A stretch of DNA of 47,594 nucleotides, from positions 124,001 to 171,594 of the forward strand of contig JAXLNO010000263.1 in assembly GCA_038087875.1 (NCBI GenBank), read 5' to 3'. This stretch comes from Malacoraja senta. Its lineage: Eukaryota. A model generated the notes under the pieces. It searched no databases, was not told where the DNA came from, and saw nothing but the letters and a program-made list of their open reading frames with translations. Both the position numbers and the translations under genes were made by a program. Below are positions 11,630 through 23,854 of this stretch, one piece after another (the first letter of the stretch is position 1; each line of letters starts with the position of its first letter).

Positions 11630-13400
11630 TAAAAACCTGCAAATTAACAGATCAATACGATCACGTAACGGATGAACTTAACGCGTTACTGGATGCTCCA
11701 GCAAATTCCTACTGTTTGGAATCAGCAAAAGGAGGTTGGATCGCTATCTGTAACATCAAAGTGAACCATGGTTGAATCGGGCAATTTGGTATCACCAAAA
11801 CCCCTGAAGCGGCATCCTGCTTGATTTTCCCAAACACCGACCTATGAGGCAGAATGGTGGGAAAATGTACACAAACATATCATCCCAATTTAGTGAAAAA
11901 GCATCAATTGCCACAGCTCCTGGATCTGGTGCCCATGAAACATATTTTGGCCTTCCGTATAGAAGTACTATGTTCTTGAACACATCCTGGTTCCACAATG
12001 TATTATGACGGAATTTTCGTGAGCTGCCATCTGGTGCTACATTAAGTTTCCCTGGCAGATAGATAGCTCCAATCCAAATATCTCTATCCATACTCCAGGT
12101 CCAATTTTATTTGCCAACCTATCACATGATAACGATTAGATTCCACCCATGTGATTCATATCAGCAACTGCTGTAGTGTTGTCTATTTTGCACTGCACAT
12201 GCAAACTAGTTTAGTTAGTGCCATAAGCCTTGAGTCCATAAAATACTCTTGGTTAATTCCCCATGTTTGCAGAAGGAATGTCCATCTGTCTCCACAGCTG
12301 GATCTTGTATCAGTAGCACCCTACCCAAGTGCTCTGACATCTGTCTGCAAAATCATGGAAGCTTGGTCCAATAACACTTTGGAACTACTAGTGGACACAT
12401 GCTGAATCCACCATTGTACATCAGCAACAGCCTCTATTGATAGAAGCATAGGTCTATTATAATGACCCCAATGTATCCTCAGTGCTTGTTCCTTTGACCT
12501 TTGTAATTGTAGATAATAAAGAGGCCACTATTGAACTGCTGGAAATGCTGCCAGCAATTTCCCCAGCAGACTCGTCACCTGGCTAATTGAAGGCTGTGTG
12601 TCAGCAATTAACTTGATACAGCTCTTAATTAGCTCTACCCTTTTTTGCCTGGGCAAGGTCACAATCATGTTGATTAAGTCTATTGTGAACCCAACTAGTC
12701 AATTTGTGTCACAGGTATTAATTAAGATTTCTCTGGATAGCTTATGAAGCCCAATTTTTAAAAAAGTGGTTTTTACCAACTGCCACTGATGCTTCAGCTG
12801 TTTCCTTTGATTGTTCTACAATCAAGATATTATCTAGTTAAGCCATGAGCACATGCCCTTGATTATCATCATGCCTAGAATAGGTTTTAACAACTTTGTA
12901 ATTACTCTAGGAGCTGAAGACAAACGATTAGGCAGTGCATTGTATTGCCATAATTGCCCCATCCAGCTGAATTTTAAATCTTCTATCCTGCAAATGAACA
13001 GACACTGAATCCGGATCTTTAAGATCTCCTCAAACTTTTCCATCTTAAAATGTCTATACCGTACAAAAAAGTTTAAGACTATTCAGGTCCAGTATAATTC
13101 TGCATACCCTATTCTTTTTTGGTCTGGGAAAGATATTGGACACAAACTGATGGCTTTGGTAAACTGCGTTAGCAATTACACCTTTATTACATAAGCTTCC
13201 AAGTTCCACCTGAACTTCCAATTGTTCAGTGATACTGAAGTCAACTCCTTTTTGGAACATGTTTGCATGGGTAAATCAGAATTTGCATTAAGCTTTATTC
13301 GATACCCTTCAATAACCTTCAGTATAAACATATCTGAGGTAAACATTTAATTGTATCACATTAGATCTCTCTACATGAGAAACCAGACCCACTTACGTCC
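11630..13400 (-). pseudogene. DIRS-A RT / RNase H / methyltransferase-like region, disrupted
   Basis: FVSNIFPRPKK..CRIILDL, WQYNALPNRLSSAPRV and AIDAFSLNW..YIFPPF, with many stops. Confidence 0.88.
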
Positions 13401-13479
13401 TTACCACCTGGCATTCTTCCCCGGCCTCGAGCTGGATATCTCACCTTCCCTGGCGCTGCTACAGCCGAACGCCAACTGC

Positions 13480-14620
13480 GCTGCATCGTAGCTGGACTCA
13501 TCCCTTGCCCGGACCAGTCTCCTCGCTTATAGGGATACTCTTTGGTGGATATGTGGCTGCTGGCTGCTTAATCAAGCCCACCGTCTTGGCCTCCTCCTCC
13601 AGCTCCTTCACCTCCTTTGCGAAATCCTCGCCAAACTGTAGATTTGCCGGTTGCACTGTGCCAGGCTGGCCGAGTGAAGCATATTTAGGGTTGATGGTTG
13701 GTCTAAACGCAGTCTTGCGGAGGCAGTTGATCTCAAAGTGGGCACTCCACAATAGCGCCACACCTTTTGTTGTTCCATCCACCATCCTGGCAAAGCTCGT
13801 TATGCCAGATGCCAGCAACTTTAAAAATATGCTGGAGCTCTCATTAGTATGCCCATCTTGCCCCAATTCTTCTTGTTCCCAACAGGAACTTTTAACAGGC
13901 CACAGTTGATTGGGGCTTCATGCTTCCTTACTGTCTCATCCATTGTCAGCTCCTGTAGCTGATGTGAGACTTGGTAATTTATGCTTGTGGCAAGTTCCTC
14001 ACCCAGAGGCTCACCAGCGTCCGACGACATGGCAAACCGTGCTGCACACGGTGTCAGCTCTGGCAGCTGCCTGCCCTCCCTTTGGAAGTCGTCGTCAGAC
14101 TCAGGGTCAGAGCGTATCTGCCCTTCGGCACTCACCTCTTGCAAAGAGGGTGCTTTCAAGCAGGCCTCTACTAGGCACTGCCGGCAGAGCCTTCCCGACG
14201 GCCTCCCGCCCACACAACTCCTCCTGGAGTGTGGCTTTGTGAAGCAGGCCTCTCCTAGACACTGCCGGCGGAGCCTTCCCTACGGCCTCCTGCCTGCACA
14301 ACTCCTCCTGGAGTGTGGCTTGGTGGAGCAGCCCCTGTATGCGTTGCTCCTTTTGGATAACCGCTGGGGCACGGTATCCTGTCCCCGACGGGACTCTCCT
14401 GGCCCGACTCTGCGGAGTCAATGGCCCTGACAGACTTGGTTTATGCCTACCGCCCGACTGGCGTTGGTTGTGTACCCGGCTGGGCACTTTGCCAAGTCTG
14501 TCGCCACACCGCTACCGGCTTGCGACTCCCCAGAGGTGACAGGCTGCCTTTCAGAGACTGCGCTCCCGCAGCTCTCTCTCTCCTTGTCCGTAGCAGGCCT
14601 GCACCTTGATGATTTTTTAC
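13480..14620 (-). pseudogene. DIRS-A gag-like ORF1, disrupted
   Basis: LKLLASGITSFAR..EINCLRK..FGEDFAKEVKEL matches DIRS-B ORF1. Confidence 0.75.
14158..14322. repeat. 84-bp tandem duplication within DIRS-A gag
   Basis: aagcaggcctct...ctcctcctggagtgtggctt occurs twice (starts 14158 and 14242). Confidence 0.85.
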
Positions 14621-15109
14621 TTCCTGCATTGTTGGGAAAAAATACAGCAACAAACTTCTACTTTTTTCTAACTCCTCCAAAGTCTCCCCGACTTTGGTGG
14701 AGCTGTAACTACTCACCTGCAGGAGGAGCTCCATCTTCCTGCTGCCGGGCGCCAATGCGTCAGACGTAATGACGCGCATGCGCCCTGACGGGTCTTCTTC
14801 ACGTAGTCACTCACGTGACTCCGAAGTAAAATCTACCTATCTCTGCCTTAAAAATATCCACTGACTTGGCCTCCACAGCCTTCTGTGACAAAGAATTCCA
14901 CAGGTTCACCACCTAAAGAAATTTCTCCTCATCTCCTGCCTAAAAGAACGTGTTTCTGAGTTGGAGCAGATGTGAAATGGGTGACCCGTGTTCAGGGAAG
15001 AAGAAGTATTTTTCCTCAGAGAGGGAGGAGTTTGTGTTCAGGAGGAATTTGTGGCCTAATTGACGAGTAGCATTGAGGGACACACAGGAGTGCAGGAGTA
15101 TCTCAGGAG

Positions 15110-15305
15110 TAACCTTTACAGATGCACCACAGAAAGCACACTGCTGGGGAGCGTCACGGCATGGTTTGGGAACATCACTGCCCAACACTGCAAGAAATTG
15201 CATAGAGAGAGTTGTAGATGTAGCCCAATCCATCCCACAGACCAGACTTCACACTATCGACTCCATCTACTGAAAGCAGCCAACATTATCAAAGACTTGT
15301 CCCAC
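15110..15305 (+). mobile_element. Rex1/Babar 3' fragment
   Basis: YRCTTESTLLGSVTAWFGN..KAANIIKD. Confidence 0.7.
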
Positions 15306-15685
15306 TCCTGCATCTCTGAAGGGAATGGATAGGTGAAATTTCAGGTCTGGACCCTTTTTCAGACTGATTGAAGTGGGGGGGGGGGGGGGGAAGCTGGAAA
15401 TGCAGTAGAAGTGGGACAAAGCATCTCTGGCCTTTCCCCACCCATCTGCCAATCAACACCGCCACCCCCCCCCCCCCCCCGCAACCTCTCCTGTATCCAC
15501 CCATCACGCCAGGCTTTTTCCACCCCCCACCTCTCCTCCAGCTTTCTCCTGCCTTCAACAATCAATCTGAAGAAGGGACCTGACCCAAAACATCACTTGT
15601 CCATTCCCTCCACAGATGCTGCCTGACCAGCTGAAGTATGCAGCACTTTGTATATTATTCAAGATTCCAGATTCTGCAGTCCCTT
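15306..15685. mobile_element. Two Penelope 3'/pseudo-LTR remnants in opposite orientation
   Basis: Minus copy cagtctgaaaaagggtcc..gaaatttcacctatcc at ~15310-15370. Plus copy ctgaagaagggacc..tccattccctccacagatgctgcctgacc at ~15560-15685. Confidence 0.65.
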
Positions 15686-16311
15686 CTGCTCTCAGCATTG
15701 AGGCAATGCATTGGAACAATAGTGGTCATATACTAATGAAGGGTACTGCCAGGTAAAAATATGCATTGAAATGTCCATCATGCCTCTGCATTTTATCTAA
15801 ATACTGCATTGCAACCCAAAAGAGTCAAAGCTAGATTAATCCACGTAATCGATACAGGCACTGAGTTTGGATGCTAAAACTCCCCCCCCCCCCCCCCGGC
15901 CGTGTTGACCTTGCAGTGAGCTCTTCTTGACACTTGGGCATGGGTAATATTGGGGAGGGGTGCCACTGAGGGTCATGCAATGGGCTGTCATGGAGGCATT
16001 CACTGAATCCGACCAGGTGGAAAAAGCGTGGGTACACCAACACCTCTACTTCCTCAGGAGACTGAGCAAATTCAGCATATGTCCAATGACTGTTACAAAC
16101 TTCTACTGATGCACCATAAAAAGCATCATAGTTCAGGAAAGGCAATGTTCCCCCAATATCCTTCAACAAACTGGGATTGGAAATACAGGCTGCACCAGGG
16201 GTTCGTAATGCAATGGGCGTTTGGGTGTGGAATGAAGGGTGAGGCGTAGTACTGTAGGATGCATGGAGAGGGTGCAGAAGAGATTTTATGGGATGTTTCC
16301 TGGAATGGAGG

Positions 16312-16605
16312 ACTTTAGTTTAGAGATACAGAATGGAAACAGGCCCTTCGACCCATCGATCACCAGTTCAATACTATTCCACTTTTACATCCACTTCCTA
16401 CACACTAGGGGCAATTTACAGAGGCCAATGAAACTACAAACCTGCACGTCTTTGGGATGTGTGAGGAAACCAGAGAATCTAGGGTAAACCCACACGGTCA
16501 TAGGGAGAACGAGCAAACTCCACACAGACAGCACCTAAGGTCAGGATCCAACCCGAGCCTCTTGCACTGAGAGGCAGCGGCTCTACCCGCTGCACCACTG
16601 TGCCA
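16312..16605 (-). mobile_element. V-SINE (HE1-like)
   Basis: Reverse complement of the V-domain (aaactccacacagacagcacc) and tRNA-like head. Confidence 0.8.
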
Positions 16606-17071
16606 CTCCATGAGAAGAGGTTGAACAAACTTGGACAGTCAGAAGCTGAGGAGTGACCTGATGGAAACATGTAAAGTTATGAGAGGCATGAATATGGTAG
16701 ATAGTCAAATGCGAGAGGGCATGGGTCATAGAGTCATACAGCACAGAAATAGGGCCTTCAGCCCAACTTGGCCCTGCTGACCAAGATGCCCTTCTAAGCT
16801 AGTCCCATTTGCCCATGTTTATCCCGTATCCCTCTAAACCTTTCCTATCTATGTACCTGTCCAAATGTCTCTTAAATGTTACCGTACCTGCCTCGAGCAC
16901 TTCTTCCTGTAACACTCCATATATCCACCTCCCTCTGTGTAAAAAAGAAAGTTGCCCCTCAGGTTCCTATTAAATCTTTCCCTTCTCAACCTAAACATAT
17001 GCCATCTACTGGTACACAAAAATGCTGGAGAAACTCAGCGGGTGCAGCAGCATCTATGGAGCGAAGGAAAT

Positions 17072-17108
17072 AGGTAACGTTTCGGGCCGAAACCCTTCTT
17101 CAGACTGA
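17072..17108 (-). ncRNA. Minimal hammerhead ribozyme-like core in the Penelope 3' repeat
   Basis: CUGAAGA-A-GGG(uuucgg)CCC-GAAA-CGUU with palindromic AACGUU. Stem I is weak. Confidence 0.55.
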
Positions 17109-17219
17109 TAGGGGGTGGGGAGAAGAAAGGAAAAAAGGAAAAGGCGGAGGAGGAGCCCGAGGGCTGGGGGAGGGGAGGAGACAACCAGATGGCTGATGAA
17201 GGGGAGGGGACAGCCAGGG

Positions 17220-17768
17220 CTAGCAGAATTGGGAGAATTCAACGTTCAGGCCACCAGGATGTAGACTGCCCAAGCGGAATATGAGGTGCATTTCCTCCAA
17301 TTTACGGTGTTGCTCGCTGTGGCCATGGAGGAGACCCAGGACAGAGAGGTCAGATACGGAATGGGAGGGGGAGTTGAAGTGCTGAGCCACCGGGAGTTCA
17401 GGGTGGTTATTGCGGACCGACCGGAGGTGTTCGGCGAAACGATCGCCAAGCCTCCGCTTGGTCTCACCGATGTAGATCAGCTGGCATCTAGAGCAGCGAA
17501 TGCAATAGATGAGGTTGGAGGAGATGCAGGTGAACCTCTGTCGCACCTGGAACGACTGCTTGGGTCCTTGAATGGAGTGGAGGGGGGAAGTGAAGGGACA
17601 AGTGTTGCATCTCTTGCGGTTGCAAGGGAAAGTACCAGGGGAGGGGGTGGTATGGGAGGGAAGGGAAGAATTGACAAGGGAGTTACGGAGGGAGCGGTCT
17701 TTGCGGAAGGCAGACATAGGGGGAGATGGGAAGATGTGGCAAGTGGTGGGGTCACGTTGGAGGTGGCA
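17220..17768 (-). CDS. Penelope GIY-YIG endonuclease domain (C-terminal part of the PLE ORF, open frame)
   Basis: PCNRKRCNTC Zn motif, NLIYCIRCSRCQLIYIGETKRRLGDRFAEH, VAQHFN and GLN. Confidence 0.88.
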   Translation of the reverse strand, partial: CHLQRDPTTCHIFPSPPMSAFRKDRSLRNSLVNSSLPSHTTPSPGTFPCNRKRCNTCPFTSPLHSIQGPKQSFQVRQRFTCISSNLIYCIRCSRCQLIYIGETKRRLGDRFAEHLRSVRNNHPELPVAQHFNSPSHSVSDLSVLGLLHGHSEQHRKLEEMHLIFRLGSLHPGGLNVEFSQFC

Positions 17769-18819
17769 ACGTGCCATATGCCATCTACTTCTTGATTCAC
17801 CCCATCTATGCCCTCGTGATTTCATACAACTCTGTAAGATTGCTCCTCAATCTCTTAATTCTCCTTAATCTTCAATGCAAAAGTTATTCACCCACTTTTT
17901 CTCCCAGATGATTTGCTAATAAGTATATTTCTGCATCCCCCTTTCTCCTGTAGGGGTTCACTTTATACCAGCTGCCTGCATCTGACCCACGCCTCCTGCA
18001 TTTTTCAGACTAGCGGCTCAATATCTCTTGTCATCCATGATTTCATGCTGCGCCCAGCCTTGGGTGAAAGCCTCAAGGCAAGTTTTCCTTTCACAGAGAG
18101 TGTTGGAAGCCTGGTGCTTGGGGAGGTGGCGTAAGCAGATACAATAGCAATGTTTAAGGAGCATTTAGACAGACACGTGAACATGAACAAGGTTGCAGAC
18201 CATGTGCAGGGAGACCTAGTGGGCTGAAGTGCCTGTTCCTGTGCTGTACTATTTTATGTTCTATCCCTCATCACCTTTCGCCTAAACAACAACCACCATT
18301 TACCAAAGGCATCATTTCCAGACCAGGGGATGTTTTGCAGAGTCAAGTGATTGATTCATGGTTTGCCAGAAATACGACACGTTTTGTCCTAGTATCACCC
18401 GGCCTGTCACCTCTTCCTATTCTCGCTGTACTAAAGAGATAAAACCGGACATTCTTCACCACCAGAAATAACCACAAAGATCCCAATAATCTGGTGCAGG
18501 GAAGAACAACAAACTTTGGGAGTTGATGTTTTTCATACAGTGCACTCAATGTGTTCACTGGTTCCCACCCACCAAGCATTGCCAAAGTGTTGGCACATTC
18601 CTGTCCCATCAAACAGGCTGGGGGGGGCGGGGTGTGGGGGACCCTGGGGTCTTCCTGATGGTGACTCAGGACCACATGGAGAGACCTGCTGCCTCGGCAC
18701 AGACCAGGAATGGAATCTGGGCTCCTGCTGCCTTGCATGCTCCTCAGTATCTCTGTCCTCAGATGCACCATGACTGATGCTTGCACTCAGGAATTCCTCA
18801 CGTCAGAAAAAATACTAAC

Positions 18820-18883
18820 CTGCACTGTCCGATACTGACAGGTAAATGCACATTACAAGCACAATTGGAATGAAGAGCTTCAT
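18820..18883 (-). CDS. Pentraxin first coding exon (signal peptide MKLFIPIVLVMCIYLSVSDSA)
   Basis: ATG at 18883, 21 codons plus 1 nt, then donor g|gttagt. The phase matches the acceptor at 8871 and gives a 226-aa ORF. This is the typical two-coding-exon short pentraxin layout. Confidence 0.88.
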
Positions 18884-18895
18884 CCTGTCTCCGTC

Positions 18896-19009
18896 CTGTT
18901 GAAACAAAGAATCCCCAATTAATTTCATTTGGTGCCAATCCATTGAAACTGAGAACCAGCAGCCAGTCCCGTGTGTCAGCAACACACAAACAGTCCCTCT
19001 GGTACTCAC
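18896..19009 (-). other. Probable 114-nt 5'UTR intron of the pentraxin gene
   Basis: Donor a|gtgagt at 19009 and acceptor tctttgtttcaacag| at 18896, 12 nt before the ATG. Confidence 0.6.
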
Positions 19010-19674
19010 TGTGTCGGTCTCCAACAAGCCGGTTTCACCTCAGGTGGGTCCAATACTCCGGGCACAAGCTGCTGCAATTGATATCCTGCTGAACCCAGTC
19101 ACTGCCAATTGCAGGAGGGAACAGAGAGGGTGATACTTAGAGAGCCGTCACTGCTCTGTGTGTCGACATCAACGGTCTGCTCCGTTGGCATCAGATAGTG
19201 AGGAAGTTGATGTGGAACGAGACAATCTGATTCACTCTTCCTGGGAGATGAGAAACAACCCCCACCCAATCGCAGGTCTTCCCCTGCCCTCCCCCCACTC
19301 TTTCGGGAGCCAATTCCAGGGATTTAGTCAGAGTAGATGTAGGAACAAGTCAGACGAGTTGGGCCGAATGGTCTGATTCCCTGCTGTATAACACTATGAC
19401 CATGTAAGAAGGTCTATGTAAATAAATGAGCCCATTATACTCTGTGGGATTTCAATGGCTTGGAATCCTGATACAGAGTGTATCAGGATAGTTTTCAATG
19501 CCTGGCATTGGCAGGTTATTGCAGGTCCTGCTGCAGAGTCTCGACCTGAAGCATCGACTATCCCTCTGCTTTAACAGATACTACTGGATCCACTGAGTTT
19601 CTCCAGTAGTTTGTTCTTTGCTCCAGATTCCAGCAGCTGCAATCTCGATCATTGTAGACTCTAGAAGAGGGAAG

Positions 19675-20260
19675 CCAGTGGGTGTTGGAGAGGGTCCACA
19701 ACTTCAAGTTCCTGGGCATGCATATCTCTGAAGATCTGTCCTGGACCCAGCACATTGATGCAATCATAAAGGAAGTCCATCAATGCCTCGACTTGAAGAT
19801 TGAAGAGTTTTGGAATATCAACAAATACTCTGTGAATTTCTACAGATGCATGGAAGAGCATATTAACTGGCTGCATCGCGGCTTGGTGTAGCAAGTTGAA
19901 TGTCCAGGAACAAAGATTATGAGAAGTGGTGGACATTGTCCAGTCCATCACAGGTACTGACCTCCCCACCATTGAAGGAATCTATAGGAGACACTGCCTC
20001 ATAAAGGCAGCCAGCATCATCAAAGACTTGCACTACCTGGCCACACTCGCATCTCACTACTACCATCAGGAAGAAGGTACAGGAGACAGAACTGTGACCA
20101 GGTTTAAGAGTAGCCTCTTCCCAACAACCATCAGGCTCATAAACACTAACTAAACTATGGACTAACATGTGTTGCACTAAAGACATACGGCCTTTTGTGC
20201 TAATATTAGGGTATTCATTAATTTTTTGTGTATTACATTCTATGTATATTGTCTTTTACA
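19675..20260 (+). mobile_element. Rex1/Babar 3' fragment
   Basis: ERVHNFKFLGMHISEDLSW, KAASIIKD and RFKSSLFPTTIRL. Confidence 0.8.
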
Positions 20261-20449
20261 AGCTTTAGACTTCAGAGATACAACACAGAAACAGGCCCCT
20301 CCGCTCACCGAGTTCATGCCGAGCAACGATCACCCTGTACACTGCAACAATTTACCATTTTTACCAAAGCCAATCTGTACGTCTTTGGATTGTAGAGTAC
20401 CGCTATTATCAAAGATGTAATAGTAGTATAGTTGGATAGCAGTAACAGG

Positions 20450-21713
20450 ATGGATTTACGCAGGTGAAATCATGCTTAGCAAATCTTCTGGAATTTTTTG
20501 AGAATGTAACAAGTAAAATGGACAAGGAAGAGCCAGTGGATGCAGTATATCAAGACTTTCAGAAAGCCTTTGATAAGGTCCCACAGGAGATTAGTGGTCA
20601 AAATTAGAGCACATGGTATTGGGGGTAGGGTATTGGCATGGATAAAAAATTAGTTGGCAGACAGGAAACAAAGAGTAGGGATTAACAGGTCCCTTTCAGA
20701 ATGGCAGGCAGTGACTAATGGGATGCTGCAAGACTCTGTGACTACAGCTATTTACAATATGCATTAATGATTTAGATGAAGGAATTTAAAGTAACATTAG
20801 CACATTTGCAGATGACACAAAGCTGGGTGGCAGTGTGAACTGTGGAGAGGATGCTATGAGGATGCAGAGTGACTTGGACTGGTTGGGTGAGTGGGCAGAT
20901 GCATAGCTGATCCAGTATAACGTGGATCAATGTGAGGTTATCCACTTTGGAGTCAAGGACGGGAAGGTAGATTATTATCTGAACGGTGTCAGGTTAGGAA
21001 AAGGGGAAGTACAATGAGACCTGGGTGTCCTAGTATATCAGTCACTGAAAGTAAGCATACAGGTACAAAAGGCAGTGAAGAAAGCTAATGGCATGTTGGC
21101 CTTCATAAAGAGAGGAGTTGAATATAGGAGCAAAGAGGTCCTTCTGCAGTTGAGACCACACCTGGAGTATTGTGTGTAGTTTAGGCCTCCTAATTTGAGG
21201 ATGGACATTCTTGCTATTGAGGGAGTGCAACGTAGGTTCACGAGGTTAATTCCCGGGATGGCGGGACTGTCATATGATGAAAGAATGGAGTGACTGGACT
21301 TGTATTCACTGGAATTTAGAAGGATGAGAAGGGATCTTATATAATATTATTAAGGGAATCGACACGCTAGATGCAGGAAAAATGTTCCCGATGTTGGGGG
21401 AGTCCAGAACCAGGGGTCACAGTTTAAGAATAAGGGGTAGGCCATTTAGGACTGAGATGAGGAAAAACCTTTTCACCCAGACAGTTGTGAATCTGTGGAA
21501 TTCTCTGCCTCAGAAGGTAGTGGAGGCTGATTCATTGGATGTTTTCAAGAGAGAGTTAGATAGAGCTCTTAGGGCTAACGGAATTAAGAGATATGGGGGA
21601 CAAGCAGGATTGGGGTACTAATTTTAGATGATCAGCCATGATCATATTGAATGACGGTACTAGCTCGAAGGGCCGAATGGCCTACTCCTGCATCTATTTT
21701 CGATGTTTCTATG
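20450..21713 (+). mobile_element. CR1 LINE 3' portion (RT plus 3'UTR), decayed
   Basis: DFQKAFDKVP, FADDTKLGG, VKKANGMLAFI and TRGHSLRIRG..VVNLWNSLP; 3'UTR ending in tttctatgt. Confidence 0.9.
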
Positions 21714-21899
21714 TCAGAACACCACTCCATAGCCTGAATTCCCGGCCTCTAAAACCCTCAGGGAGTGGATGCTGGACCTGGCCTTCTTCCAGGGAGAGGC
21801 AAACGTTTATATATTGGATTACTCTTGCACTGAGGATGTGGTCATGTCCTCTGACAACTGACAAAGTCAGAGAGCATGATAACAGGCCCTTCGGCTATC

Positions 21900-22278
21900 T
21901 TGTTAGTAAGTACGTTTATTGGCCAAGTATTCACATACAAGGAATTTGCCTTCGTGCTCCGCCCACAAGTAACAACATGACATACAGTGACAGTTACGAA
22001 TGACTCAGAAAACACTAAACATTAATAATAATAAAACATTTATGATAAAACACAATTGATCAAGCATGTGAACCAACAAAATACCAGATCAAAGGGAGGC
22101 TACAGATTTTTGGCTGTTGAGTAGAGCAACTACTCGTGGATAAAAACTGTTTTTATGTCTGGCTGTGGCAGCTTTGACAGTCCGGAGTCGCCTTCCGGAG
22201 GGAAGTGTTTAAAGAGTTTGTGGCCAGGGTGAGAGGGGTCAGAGATGATCTTGCCTGCTCGCTTCCTGGCCCTTGCTG
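21900..22278 (-). mobile_element. Rex1/Babar extreme 3' fragment
   Basis: RARKRAGKIISDPSHPGHKLF followed by an aataaa-type tail. Confidence 0.7.
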
Positions 22279-23079
22279 AACTAGATGCTCCATCCAAGCT
22301 GATCCCACGTGCCTGCATTAGAACCTCTGAACATTTCCTATCTACGTACCTGTTCCAGTGTGTTTGAATGCTGTTATTGTACCAGCCTCAACTACTTCCT
22401 CTGGCAGCTTTCCAAATACCCACCACCACCTGCCGAGTGAAAATGTTACTCCTTAGATTCCTTTTAAATCTTTCCGTTATCACTTTCAAACTATGTCCTC
22501 TGGTTCTTGATTCCCCTGCCCTGGGTAAAAGACTTTGCATTCATCCTATTTACTTCCTCTGAATTGAATACAGAAACTTGGTTGCAGTCTGCTCTAACAC
22601 TGGGGAAGGTGTGCATTCAGTAGTGTGTGTGGGACCTGGAGTCTCCCCCCAAGAGCAATGGTCCTGGTCCCAGGCTCCCCGCACCTTGGAGCCCAGTCAA
22701 TACCTTCCCCTCTCTCTTCCCGCCTGTCTGAATGAGAGCCTGTGGACTGTGTGCAACACCCGCTGGTTTGTAGCTTTGCCGGTGGTCGTCACCAGTTCCC
22801 CGGGTTCAGCCTGAAGCCGTGCGGTCGGGGGGAAACTGGACGTGGCTCGCAGGCAGCACAGCACGGAACTGTCTCCAACGGTCGTTCAACGTCAATGCCA
22901 CAGATAAAGTGATATCAGTACCAGCCCTCCCTGTGGTACCAGATACCACAAGGAACTGCTAAACTTTATACAAAATCAACTATTACAACATAAACAAGCA
23001 TGAGATCTGTATTTCTTTTATTCAATGATATAAATATTAAAGGTTTGAATAGGGAAAAAATGGGATAGGTTGACAAAAT

Positions 23080-23390
23080 GTTTAGTTCAGTCAAGAGATA
23101 CAGCGTGGAAACTGGCCCTTCGGCCCACAGAGTTCACAATGACCAGCGATCCCCGCACACTAACACTTTCCTACACACACCAGGGACAATTTATAAATTT
23201 GCCAAGCCGATTAGCCTACAAACCTTTAAGTCTTTGGAGTTTAGGAGGAAACCGGAGCACCCGGAGAAAACCCACGCAGATCACAGCAAGAACACACAAA
23301 CTCCACTCAGACAGCATCCACAGTCAGGATGGAAGCCGGGTCTCTGGTGCTGTAAGGCAGCAACTCTACCGCTGCGTCACCGTGCCACCC
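23080..23390 (-). mobile_element. V-SINE (HE1-like); duplicated at ~30012-30322
   Basis: V-domain reverse complement ggaaaccggagcacccggagaaaacccacgc..aaactccac. Confidence 0.8.
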
Positions 23391-23741
23391 AAGTGAAGCA
23401 AAATGAAAGAGTGAGGAGTGTTTAATTGTACAGTCCAACAAAACAATGAAATTCTTACTTGTAGCTGCATAACAAGGATGTAAACACAATACTCACAGAC
23501 AATACATAATAAACAAATAAAATAGTAAGATTAAACGATAACTTATCAGTTTGAAGTTTGATCTTTATTTTATGAGGAGTTACGTTGAGGGATTACGTGA
23601 AGAGCCCGCCAGCACGCATGCGTGTCAATCTTCAAAGCAGCGGTGTGAAATCACAGACAGTAGTTAGTCGAACTAAACATAGTAAGATAAGAGAACTTGA
23701 ATACCAGCTGAACTTTATGATAGAGGGTTGGGCGAGGAGGG

Positions 23742-23854
23742 CACGTAATCCCTCAACGTAACTCCTCATAAAATAAAGATCAAACTTCAAACTGGTAAGT
23801 TCTCGTTTAATCTTACTATTTTACTTCGGAGTCACGTGAGTGACTACGTGAAGA
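23742..23854. repeat. ICR of DIRS-B
   Basis: Reverse complement of 23521-23599 fused through att to the reverse complement of the 28052-28088 end. Confidence 0.92.

Larger units (their letters stand above)
10114..14832 (-). mobile_element. DIRS1-type tyrosine-recombinase retrotransposon, full span, ORFs decayed (DIRS-A)
   Basis: ITR cores at ~10187-10221 and ~14770-14804, ICR at 10344-10450, and gag, RT/RNase H/MT and YR remnants. aat at both junctions. Confidence 0.95.
9983..14950 (-). mobile_element. CR1 3' end fragment split by the DIRS element (pieces 9983-10116 and 14830-14950)
   Basis: Rejoining gives ctaatcaagaat|ctacctatctctgcc..., the reverse complement of a CR1 3' end like that at ~21480-21710. 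Confidence 0.75.
17011..17774 (-). mobile_element. Penelope-like element, 5'-truncated, with GIY-YIG endonuclease and 3' repeat
   Basis: Perfect 15-bp TSD catatgccatctact at 16996-17010 and 17775-17789; GIY-YIG ORF inside. Confidence 0.93.
16725..17870 (-). mobile_element. CR1 3' fragment interrupted by a Penelope element
   Basis: CR1 3'UTR and ORF2 end on the minus strand, continuing on both sides of the 15-bp TSD. Confidence 0.65.

Noticed and set aside
22578..22980. Ig-like exon in repeat X (minus frame ...GDSSVLCC...RGRY)
   Set aside because: In-frame stops, no second Cys or Trp in Ig spacing, and no convincing splice sites.
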